A stretch of 44,823 nucleotides of DNA, taken from NCBI GenBank assembly GCA_039800785.1, contig JBDLPY010000024.1:1-44823 (forward strand), in the 5' to 3' direction. Of this stretch, positions 17,609 to 25,629 are shown piece by piece. This stretch comes from Actinomycetota bacterium (lineage in GTDB: Bacteria; Actinomycetota; Actinomycetes; Nanopelagicales; Nanopelagicaceae). A program made the position numbers and the translations under genes. The notes below the pieces were generated by a model that was given only the letters and a program-made list of their open reading frames with translations, did no database searches and was not told where the DNA came from. Numbering within the stretch: the stretch's first letter is position 1; every line of letters starts with the position of its first letter.

Positions 17609-18610
17609 TTAGGCAAAAATCGCGGAAATTTCCCCTGATTTTGCAACATAAACGCCGGAAAGCTCCATTCCATCATCAATTTTTGCCCCTTTGGCAATAA
17701 AAGAATTTTTTACTGAAGCTGCACCAATAATTACATCATCGCAAATGATAGAAGCATCAACGCTGGCCCCTTTGGCAATCTTGCAGTTGGCACCGATCGC
17801 GCTACCACCAGTTACTGCTCCTTGAACTTCCGCGTTCGCTGCTGCGACATATTCATGATCTCGATGTGCAAATTTATATCGATCCAATGCATCTGTAGCC
17901 GCAAATCCTTTAACTAAATCAATCGAACCTTTCATCAATGCTGCTGGTGTACCGATATCTAACCAATATGCCTGATCGATGAATCCCAATACTAATTCAC
18001 CAGATGAAATTAAATTTGGAAAAGTTTCGCGTTCGACACTAACAACTTTTCCGCGTGGAATAGTTTCAATAACTTTCGGTGCGAAAACATAACAACCGGC
18101 ATTGATGTTATTTGTCGGTGGCTGAACCATTTTTTCTAAGAAAGCCGTTACCCGACCTTGATCATCGGTTGGCACCGAACCATATGCTCTAGCATCGTCA
18201 ACTGCAGTTAAATGCAATGTCGCCGATGCAGATTTTTCTTTATGCCAGCCAATTTGTTTGGCTAAATTGTGAGAACTCAAAACATCACCATTAAAAATCA
18301 CGATTTCGGAATCTCCGTTTAACAATTCTGCAGCATTGCGAATCGCGCCACCGGTGCCAAGCGGTTCATTTTCGACCGCATAATCAATTTCAATTTCCCA
18401 TTTAGCGCCATCACCAAAATAAGGTCTGAAAATCTCTGATAAATATGAAGTGGCGAGAATTAATCGCGTTACCCCAGCACGTTTTGCCATTGCAATTTGA
18501 TGTTCGGTAACGGGAAGAGTTGCAATTGGCAACATCGGTTTTGGTAGGTCGTTAGTTAACGGTCGAAGCCGCGTACCAAAACCACCAACTAATAAAATAC
18601 CTTCAGACAT
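17609..18610 (-). CDS. manC: Mannose-1-phosphate guanylyltransferase-type NDP-sugar pyrophosphorylase with C-terminal left-handed beta-helix
   Basis: 333 aa. LVGGFGTRLRPLT..LPKPMLP signature, EPLGTGGA, and hexapeptide-like repeats at the C-terminus. Position corresponds to Rv3264c. Sugar specificity is not provable from sequence alone. Confidence 0.75.
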   Translation of the reverse strand: MSEGILLVGGFGTRLRPLTNDLPKPMLPIATLPVTEHQIAMAKRAGVTRLILATSYLSEIFRPYFGDGAKWEIEIDYAVENEPLGTGGAIRNAAELLNGDSEIVIFNGDVLSSHNLAKQIGWHKEKSASATLHLTAVDDARAYGSVPTDDQGRVTAFLEKMVQPPTNNINAGCYVFAPKVIETIPRGKVVSVERETFPNLISSGELVLGFIDQAYWLDIGTPAALMKGSIDLVKGFAATDALDRYKFAHRDHEYVAAANAEVQGAVTGGSAIGANCKIAKGASVDASIICDDVIIGAASVKNSFIAKGAKIDDGMELSGVYVAKSGEISAIFA

Positions 18611-19662
18611 TAGCTAAGCCGTTTAACTAACTCATCAATTTGTTCATCAGATGCGGTGAGCGCAATTCGGATATGTTTTGCGCCAACTGAACCATAAAAG
18701 TGGCCAGGTGTTACCAAGATTCCACGATCGGCAAACCAGGCAACACTCTCCCAATCGCTTTCGCCTCGAGTCGCCCACAAATAGAGTCCCGCTTCGCTGA
18801 ATTCAATTTCGAAACCTGCATTGACGATTGCTTTTCTTACTTTTTCCCGACGCGCGTTATAGCGCGAACGTTGTGCCGAAACATGATCAGTGTCAGATAA
18901 AGCCGCGACCATCGCCTTTTGAACCGGCAGCGGAACCATGCCACCCGCATGTTTACGAACTTCTAATATTCGAGCTATTAATTCAGGGTCGCCGATTAAC
19001 ATCGCAGCGCGATAACCCGCCATATTTGAACGCTTACTTAATGAATGTACTGCCAAAATATTTCGATTATCGCCATTAGTAAATGACAACACCGATTTTG
19101 GTTTCTTACTGTCGCCAAACTCTAAATAGCATTCATCAAAAATTGCCACGCCATTATTGCGGGCCCAATTAATTGCCGAAATTATTTCCGAATCACTGTT
19201 CACGCGACCGGTTGGATTTGACGGGGTGTTAATCCAAGCAAGATCCGCTTTCGGCCATGATCCAGCATCGAAATTAACAGTTTCTGATTTTGCTTTCGCA
19301 ATTATGGCGCCAACTAAATAAGTTGGATAAGCAATCTCGGGATATAAAACAGATTTGGCTTCCAAAATTGTTGGCAACATCGCAACTATTTCTTTTGACC
19401 CGATTAAAGGCAGAACAGCAAAATCTCCAGTTGCACCCAGTTCCGATTTTGCCCAATTCTTGATGGCAGCTTGTAACTCTGGAGTTCCCGCAGTTGTTGG
19501 ATAACTCGGTGAATTAGAACTATTTCGAAATTCGGCTTGAATAAATTCTGGTGTCGAATCTACCGGCGTTCCTTGTGACAAATCGATGAAGCCACCAGAA
19601 AATTCGCGCGCTTTCTTTCCGTAAGGCGCGAGCGCATCCCAAGGAAAATCTGGCAGTTTCAA
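18610..19662 (-). CDS. dapC: PLP-dependent aminotransferase, actinobacterial succinyldiaminopimelate transaminase type
   Basis: 350 aa with a TTG start. Class I/II aminotransferase pattern including SLSKRSNMAGYR (PLP lysine). Adjacent to fdxA, as Rv1178/Rv1177 are. Confidence 0.7.
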   Translation of the reverse strand: MKLPDFPWDALAPYGKKAREFSGGFIDLSQGTPVDSTPEFIQAEFRNSSNSPSYPTTAGTPELQAAIKNWAKSELGATGDFAVLPLIGSKEIVAMLPTILEAKSVLYPEIAYPTYLVGAIIAKAKSETVNFDAGSWPKADLAWINTPSNPTGRVNSDSEIISAINWARNNGVAIFDECYLEFGDSKKPKSVLSFTNGDNRNILAVHSLSKRSNMAGYRAAMLIGDPELIARILEVRKHAGGMVPLPVQKAMVAALSDTDHVSAQRSRYNARREKVRKAIVNAGFEIEFSEAGLYLWATRGESDWESVAWFADRGILVTPGHFYGSVGAKHIRIALTASDEQIDELVKRLS

Positions 19663-19665
19663 AAG

Positions 19666-19986
19666 TTACGAACTTTGTGGCGGTAAATTCTTAACAAATT
19701 CAGGATCGTTATCTGTTTTGCCGACCTTAGTTGCGCCACCAGGGCTACCAAGTTCTACGAAAAACGCTGCGTTGCTATCGCCAAATTCTTTCCAGTTAGC
19801 TGGGACATCATCTTCGTAATAAATTGCTTCGACTGGACATACTGGTTCGCAGGCACCGCAATCCACGCACTCATCTGGATGGATATAAAGCATGCGAGCG
19901 CCTTCGTAGATGCAGTCCACTGGGCACTCTTCAATACATGATTTATCTTTTACATCAACACAAGGTTGGGCGATTACGTATGTCAT
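19666..19986 (-). CDS. fdxA: 7Fe-type ferredoxin
   Basis: 106 aa. MTYVIAQPCVDVKDKSCIEECPVDCIY and CVDCGACEPVCPVEAI cluster motifs. Confidence 0.92.
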   Translation of the reverse strand: MTYVIAQPCVDVKDKSCIEECPVDCIYEGARMLYIHPDECVDCGACEPVCPVEAIYYEDDVPANWKEFGDSNAAFFVELGSPGGATKVGKTDNDPEFVKNLPPQSS

Positions 19987-20017
19987 GGTGAAATCATAAA
20001 GCCTTTATCGTTAATCC

Positions 20018-20215
20018 ATGAGGAATTTCGGGCCGGATCTGCTTGGTAAGCGGGTTTCGATTCGCCTATTCGATAATCAAGGCGGATATCGAGATTTACT
20101 TGGAACTTATATTGCCGAGTTCACAATTGAAAATCGCAGTGGCGAGGTAATTACCTTTAACCCCAAAGATGTTTTTGTCTGGAAAGAAGTGTTAGAGCGA
20201 GATTCCAGCGAATAG
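20018..20215 (+). CDS. Small stand-alone SH3-like/beta-barrel domain protein (hypothetical)
   Basis: 65-aa ORF with ATG. The pattern LLGKRVSIRL....GGYRDLLG......F.I..RSGEV..F...DVFVWKEV resembles the N-terminal domain of actinobacterial Rv0428c-type GNAT acetyltransferases as recalled, but no GNAT domain follows. It overlaps the mshB 3' end by 24 nt. Confidence 0.4.
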   Translation: MRNFGPDLLGKRVSIRLFDNQGGYRDLLGTYIAEFTIENRSGEVITFNPKDVFVWKEVLERDSSE

Positions 20216-21043
20216 ATTAGTTTCACGACCATCCGAATTTAATGGTCCGCTTTTTTCGCCTTTCACCAATTGATAGAACTCATTACCCCAAACTTCTAAA
20301 CCTAAATTATTAGAAAGTGCAAAAAATGGTCCGTCGACCGAGATTTGCGTTCCGTGAGCTCGCATCGCTGACATCTTTAAATCAACCACGGAATTGCCAT
20401 CAACAACCGAAGTAACTAGTGCATCATCTTTGGCAAAAGGAATATCGTCCACTGTTTCGGCGCCGAAGAAATCTGAGCCAAGCTCTTTCATTTTGGCTAA
20501 CCCAGATTCTAAAACCGATTTCGGCATAGCATTCCAATAGATCTTGGAAATTTTCCAATTTGAAATTTCACTCGCACGCATCGCAACTTGATGGGCTTTT
20601 ATGTGGTCCGGATGCCCATAACCGCCGTTCTCGTCATAAGTAACCAGAATGTGCGGTTTAACTTGGTCATAAATTTTTGCCAACTCAATCGAAACACTTT
20701 CAAGATCTGCTTGCCAGAAAGAATCTTTTCGATTGTTTGGTTCGGTTCCCATCATTCCGCTATCGCGATAGTTTCCCAAGAATCGATGATCTTTTATTCC
20801 AAGTTCTTTCATTGCATTTTCTAATTCAATTACACGATGTGCGCCTAATTCATCTTTATTATGCGCAGCTAAATGCGCTAAATCAGGAATGAGAACTTCG
20901 CCTTCTTCGCCTCTGGTGCAGGTAATTAAAGTAATTTCTGCGCCCAATTTGGCGTAGAGCGCCATGGTCGCGCCATTATTAATTGTTTCGTCATCTGGAT
21001 GCGCATGAACCAAAATTGCGCGGTATCCATTGAGATTTTCCAT
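20192..21043 (-). CDS. mshB: LmbE-family deacetylase, MshB-like (GlcNAc-Ins deacetylase)
   Basis: AILVHAHPDDE Zn motif and HPDH. I prefer the start at ATG 21043 (MENLNGYRAILVHAHPDDE), which matches homologue N-termini. The longer ORF to 21079 would leave only 3 nt before the divergent TetR gene. MshB versus Mca cannot be settled by eye. Confidence 0.72.
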   Translation of the reverse strand: MENLNGYRAILVHAHPDDETINNGATMALYAKLGAEITLITCTRGEEGEVLIPDLAHLAAHNKDELGAHRVIELENAMKELGIKDHRFLGNYRDSGMMGTEPNNRKDSFWQADLESVSIELAKIYDQVKPHILVTYDENGGYGHPDHIKAHQVAMRASEISNWKISKIYWNAMPKSVLESGLAKMKELGSDFFGAETVDDIPFAKDDALVTSVVDGNSVVDLKMSAMRAHGTQISVDGPFFALSNNLGLEVWGNEFYQLVKGEKSGPLNSDGRETNLFAGISL

Positions 21044-21082
21044 TGTGGCGTAATTTTGCCTGATACCTCTACGATTCACCCA

Positions 21083-21691
21083 ATGACTACGCAGGAGAAG
21101 GCTAAAACGCCGCGCGATGAGCGACGCGCACTACTCCTATCAGCGGCGCTAGAAGTTTTTACTCAAGCCGGTTATCACCAAGCAGCAATGGATGAAATCG
21201 CAGATCGCGCCGGAGTTAGTAAGCCCGTTTTGTATCAACATTTTCCATCGAAATTGGATTTGTATTTAGCAGTTTTAGATTTACATATTGATCGATTGGT
21301 TTTTGAAATTCAACGCGCAATTGCATCAACTCCGGATAATGCAGCACGCGTTCAAGCAACTGTTGCAGCATATTTCAATTTCATTGATAGCGAAGGAGAA
21401 GCATTCCGCCTTCTATTTGAAAGCGATATGAATGTCGAACCTGCAGTGCGAGAGCGTTTAAATAGAATGACTTACGATTGCGCAGCGGCAGTTAGCGCAG
21501 TAATTTCATTAGATACGGGTTTGCCACAAGAAGCAGCAATGATGCTTGGGGTAGGTTTGATTGGAAGCGCGCAAGTAACGGCTCGGCATTGGTTAGAACG
21601 CGATAGTAAATTGAGTCGCGAGCAAGCTCAACGTTTAGTTTCAAATGTAATCTGGCGTGGAATCTCAGGTTTTCCACGTAGCGAAAACTAG
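21083..21691 (+). CDS. TetR-family transcriptional regulator (Rv3208-like)
   Basis: HTH region LLSAALEVFTQAGYHQAAMDEIADRAGVSKPVLYQHFPSK. The start is taken at ATG 21083 (MTTQEK...) because the track ORF from 20999 runs inside mshB. Confidence 0.85.
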   Translation: MTTQEKAKTPRDERRALLLSAALEVFTQAGYHQAAMDEIADRAGVSKPVLYQHFPSKLDLYLAVLDLHIDRLVFEIQRAIASTPDNAARVQATVAAYFNFIDSEGEAFRLLFESDMNVEPAVRERLNRMTYDCAAAVSAVISLDTGLPQEAAMMLGVGLIGSAQVTARHWLERDSKLSREQAQRLVSNVIWRGISGFPRSEN

Positions 21692-21702
21692 AGAAGGAAA
21701 AA

Positions 21703-21960
21703 ATGGCAACTAAGAAAAGTGAAAGTTCAACCACGACTGCAGTTCGCATTGCGTTAGCAAACGTCGGAACTGATATCGCAATGGAAAGTCCGCAATCACC
21801 GACAGAGATAAAAGCTGCAGTTAGCAAAGCACTTAGCAGCGCTGAAGCTTTAGTTCTAATTGATACCCGCGGCCGCGAATATGTGATTCCATCTGACAAG
21901 ATTGGTTTCGTTGAAATTGGCGAACAGATCGAACGTCGCGTTGGTTTTGGTCAAAATTAA
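21703..21960 (+). CDS. DUF3107-family protein (Rv3208A/TB9.4-like)
   Basis: 85 aa. VRIALANVGTDIAMES........ALVLID.RGREYVIP.DKIGFVEIG pattern. The conserved TetR, DUF3107, DEAD-box helicase order (recalled from Rv3208, Rv3208A, Rv3211) is present. Confidence 0.78.
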   Translation: MATKKSESSTTTAVRIALANVGTDIAMESPQSPTEIKAAVSKALSSAEALVLIDTRGREYVIPSDKIGFVEIGEQIERRVGFGQN

Positions 21961-21996
21961 TCAGTGAATTAATTTAGAGAATTAATCAGAGAATCT

Positions 21997-23262
21997 TTGA
22001 CTAAGTCATTTGCAGATTTAGCTCTGCGCCCAGAAGTTTTAAAATCGCTCTCAGCTGCCGGTTTTGAAAAACCATTTCCGATTCAAGAATTAGTAATTCC
22101 AATTGCTTTAACTGGCGTAGATTTAATTGGCCAAGCAAAAACGGGCACCGGCAAAACTTTGGGATTCGGTTTGCCAATCGTAAATAGCGTAAAAGCAATC
22201 GGCGTGATTCAAGCTTTGGTAGTTGTGCCAACACGTGAACTTGGCGTGCAGGTGGCAGAAGAATTAGAAAAAATTGGAAGAGATTTATCAGTTGCTGCAG
22301 TTTATGGCGGTCGAGCAATTGAGCCACAAATAGCTCAATTAAATGAGGGCGTGGACATCTTGGTTGCAACTCCAGGAAGACTCTTGGATCTGCACAGACA
22401 GAAGGCGCTAGATCTATCTACGGTGCAGCAATTAGTTCTCGATGAAGCAGATGAGATGTTAGATCTCGGCTTCCTTCCAGATGTTGAAAAAATCTTTTCA
22501 TTAACGCCGAATCGCACTCAAACTATGCTCTTTTCGGCAACCATGCCTGGCGATGTTGTTGTGCTTGCCCGAAAGTTTTTAAATCAACCCACTCATATTC
22601 GTGCTCAAGAAGAAGATTCAGGTGCAGTAGTAAAAAATATTTCACAATTTATTTATCGCACTCATGCACTAGATAAAGCAGAAATAGTTTCTCGAATTTT
22701 GCGTGCTGAAGGTCGCGGGCAAACAATGATTTTTTGCCGAACAAAGCGCACCTGCCAGCAATTATCCGATGATTTAAAAGAACGTGGATTCAAATCTGCC
22801 GCAATTCATGGCGACTTAGGTCAAGCAGCGCGCGAACGGGCGCTGTCAGATTTCAAATCAAATAAACGTGATGTATTAGTAGCAACCGACGTTGCGGCTC
22901 GTGGCATTGATATTGACGGAATTACACACGTAATCAATTACCAATGCCCGGAAGATGAAAAAACTTTCCTGCATCGAATTGGCAGAACTGCACGCGCTGG
23001 CGCTTCAGGAATTGCCGTTACGTTTGTAGATTGGGATGAACTTCCAAGATGGAGCCATATCAATCAAGCGCTCAATCTTGGAGTGGCAGAACCGATTGAA
23101 ACTTATTCTTCTTCTGATCATTTATTTAGTGACTTAAGAATTACCAAAGAGAATATTGCGGCAATTCCAAAAGCGAAGAAGGAAATTACAAAATCTGAAC
23201 GACCGGTTCGAGCCAAACGAGATCGAAAACGAACTAGGAAATCGACCCCTGGCCAACAATAG
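21997..23262 (+). CDS. rhlE: DEAD-box ATP-dependent RNA helicase
   Basis: 421 aa with a TTG start. Q-motif region FADLALRPEVL, motif I AKTGTGKT, DEAD (VLDEADEML), SAT, HRIGRTARAG, and a basic C-tail. Confidence 0.92.
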   Translation: MTKSFADLALRPEVLKSLSAAGFEKPFPIQELVIPIALTGVDLIGQAKTGTGKTLGFGLPIVNSVKAIGVIQALVVVPTRELGVQVAEELEKIGRDLSVAAVYGGRAIEPQIAQLNEGVDILVATPGRLLDLHRQKALDLSTVQQLVLDEADEMLDLGFLPDVEKIFSLTPNRTQTMLFSATMPGDVVVLARKFLNQPTHIRAQEEDSGAVVKNISQFIYRTHALDKAEIVSRILRAEGRGQTMIFCRTKRTCQQLSDDLKERGFKSAAIHGDLGQAARERALSDFKSNKRDVLVATDVAARGIDIDGITHVINYQCPEDEKTFLHRIGRTARAGASGIAVTFVDWDELPRWSHINQALNLGVAEPIETYSSSDHLFSDLRITKENIAAIPKAKKEITKSERPVRAKRDRKRTRKSTPGQQ

Positions 23263-23857
23263 TTGTAATCGCATCCACCAACATTTGAACCGCGATAGAT
23301 GCGCAAAGTAAGCCAGCAATTCGAGCAACTAAAGTAATTCCAGATTTTCCAATTACTCTCACAATTGATGCCGAACTTATTAACACAACGGCAATTACGG
23401 CGTGAATCAAGATTGTTGCTGCTATTAGAGCGGCGGACTGGCCGGAACCATTGATTTTTTGGACGAAAATCATGATTGCCACAATTGCGCCAGGGCCAGC
23501 AAGAAGTGGCGTGCCAAGTGGAACCATTGCAACGTTTGCATTTGTCACGGTGCGTTCTTCGGATTCTTTTCCACTTAACAACTCCAGCGAGACCATTAGT
23601 AGCAATAATGCGCCAGCAATCTGCATCGCTTGAATTGAGATATTTAAATAATTCAAAATTAATCGACCAAACAAAGCAAAGGTAGTAATTACAACTAAAG
23701 ATGTAAGTGCAGCTTGAATTGCAAGTCTACGAACCTCATTCTTGGGACGAGTTCCAATTATTGACAAGAAAATTGGAGAAACACCTGGTGGATCCATAAT
23801 TACAAAAAGGGTTACGAACGCTTGAATTCCAAAAGTAAGCGCACTCATGCTATTCAT
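23234..23857 (-). CDS. MarC-family integral membrane protein
   Basis: 207 aa with about 6 TM segments. FVIMDPPG...FL motif near the N-terminus, typical of the MarC/UPF0056 family. Its 3' end overlaps the helicase gene by 29 nt. Confidence 0.78.
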   Translation of the reverse strand: MNSMSALTFGIQAFVTLFVIMDPPGVSPIFLSIIGTRPKNEVRRLAIQAALTSLVVITTFALFGRLILNYLNISIQAMQIAGALLLLMVSLELLSGKESEERTVTNANVAMVPLGTPLLAGPGAIVAIMIFVQKINGSGQSAALIAATILIHAVIAVVLISSASIVRVIGKSGITLVARIAGLLCASIAVQMLVDAITTIVGQGSIS

Positions 23858-24698
23858 TGATAACTCTCCTCGCGTTAGCGAGTGATTCTAACCGCTCCCA
23901 CTGTTCAGGTGCAGTTGTATTTTCACCAAGTAGATTTAATTTTCCATCACCGTGATAGTCGCTCGATCCAGTTACGCAAAGTGCTAAATCTTGTGCAATG
24001 TTTCGCAAGATATTTCGTTCGGTTGGATTGTGGTCTCGATGATCTACCTCGATTGCATTTAATCCCGCGGCTACAAGTGGTTGGAAAAAATCATTATCTA
24101 ACCGCTCACCTCTAAATGATGAGAATGCATGAGCAATGATTGAAACACCGCCAGCCGCTTTAATTAACTTAATGGCTTCGATCGGAGTAGGCGCCATGTG
24201 TGAAACATAATATTTTGAATCATTATGTAGATATTTTTCAAAAGCAACATCACGACTTGGAACAATAGATTTCGCTACTAACGCATCAGCTAAGTGTGGG
24301 CGACCTAAAGTTGCACCTTCTGGTTTTACGTTCTCAACATCAGTCATTGAAATATCAATTCCATCAGCTTGAAGTAATTCGACCATTTTTTCCATTCGAG
24401 GAATTCGGTCATCACGCGATAGTTCTAGCGCTTTTTTTAAGGGGTCGTAATCTTTATCGAACAAAAGCGCACCCATATGAACGCTCTTACCGTCTGTTGT
24501 TAAACAGGAAATTTCTGCACCTAAAACAAGTTGCAATTTTCCACGACGTGCAAAGGTAGCCTCGGACCAACCAGCCGTTGTGTCATGATCTGTTAGCGCA
24601 ATTACATCTAAGCCAGAAATTATTGCTTCATGGATTAGTTCAGTCGGCGTATCGGTCCCATCGCTAAATGTTGAATGGGTGTGTAAATCAATTTTCAT
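23850..24698 (-). CDS. PHP-domain metal-dependent phosphoesterase
   Basis: 282 aa. MKIDLHTHSTFSDG, ALTDHDT and SDYHG motifs. Confidence 0.85.
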   Translation of the reverse strand: MKIDLHTHSTFSDGTDTPTELIHEAIISGLDVIALTDHDTTAGWSEATFARRGKLQLVLGAEISCLTTDGKSVHMGALLFDKDYDPLKKALELSRDDRIPRMEKMVELLQADGIDISMTDVENVKPEGATLGRPHLADALVAKSIVPSRDVAFEKYLHNDSKYYVSHMAPTPIEAIKLIKAAGGVSIIAHAFSSFRGERLDNDFFQPLVAAGLNAIEVDHRDHNPTERNILRNIAQDLALCVTGSSDYHGDGKLNLLGENTTAPEQWERLESLANARRVINE

Positions 24699-25563
24699 GG
24701 TTGCGCAAGATTACTAAAGCCGAACCGATTAGTATGAATAAAATGCCAAACCAAATGCCGCTGGAAGGTTTTTGACCTAACCACCAAGTTGCAAGCAACG
24801 CGGCAACGGGAACTTCAAAAAACACCACAAGTGAAACAATCGCTGGTGAAACTCGCTTCAAAACCGAATTAAACATACTGTGCCCCAACAATTGCGCACC
24901 CAAAATTAGCCCAAGCAAGATTACCCATTGTTTTGCTGCAAAAGTAAAAATATTTGGCGAGATAATTACCGCTGCTGGAAGTGCTGAAACGGCACAAGCA
25001 AAATAGCAAATCGTCGTGTAAGTAGTAGATTCAACTTGTTGTTGAGCTTTTGCTCCAGCCATGACATAAAGTGCAGCGAGCGCGCCACCAATTAAGGCGG
25101 CTAAATCACCAAAAAATGTTTTGGTTGAAACTGTTAAATCAACACCAGTAATTATCAAAACACCAATAAAGCTAATCGCCATTCCAAACCAAACATTTCG
25201 CGAAATTTTAATTCCAGTAATGGCAACAAAGATTGCAGCAAAAATTGGTTGTAGCGCAGTAATTGCGGTTCCAGCTGCAACGCTGGTTAGTCGCATGGAG
25301 ATGAAGAAACATGTGAAATGTGCGGCCAGAATTACCCCCGCGATTGCCGACCATTTGAGCCCATATTTATTGGCAAATTGTTTATGTCTAATTGCAAGAA
25401 AAAAAGTGAAAACTGCCCCACCAAGATTTCGCCAAAATATCAATGTCATGATTGGCATTGCGCTTAATGCAATTAATGGACCAGAGGTACCGATTCCAAT
25501 TACGCCAACGCTTAATCGCATCAAATCTGCACGTTTTGGAAGTGATAATTGCTGATGCGACAT
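24688..25563 (-). CDS. EamA/DMT-superfamily transporter
   Basis: 291 aa with about 10 TM helices arranged as two repeated halves. Confidence 0.78.
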   Translation of the reverse strand: MSHQQLSLPKRADLMRLSVGVIGIGTSGPLIALSAMPIMTLIFWRNLGGAVFTFFLAIRHKQFANKYGLKWSAIAGVILAAHFTCFFISMRLTSVAAGTAITALQPIFAAIFVAITGIKISRNVWFGMAISFIGVLIITGVDLTVSTKTFFGDLAALIGGALAALYVMAGAKAQQQVESTTYTTICYFACAVSALPAAVIISPNIFTFAAKQWVILLGLILGAQLLGHSMFNSVLKRVSPAIVSLVVFFEVPVAALLATWWLGQKPSSGIWFGILFILIGSALVILRNHEN

Positions 25564-25629
25564 CAGGCAAACCTAGCCGATGAATAAATTGCGAACCGCC
25601 AATACAGATCGAGCCGATACCCTTAGCCT

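Noticed and set aside
19996-20008. 13-bp palindrome ATAAAGCCTTTAT between fdxA and the 65-aa ORF
   Set aside because: It has only 6-bp AT-rich arms, and chance occurrence is likely. It is not reported as a feature.
20999-21082. N-terminal 28-codon extension of the TetR ORF
   Set aside because: The extension overlaps the mshB coding region on the opposite strand and precedes the typical TetR N-terminus. The internal ATG at 21083 gives a canonical-length protein.
21044-21082. Imperfect inverted repeat GGCGTAATTTTGCC as a possible TetR operator in the mshB/TetR gap
   Set aside because: Only 5 of 7 arm positions pair, which is not distinguishable from chance without comparative data.
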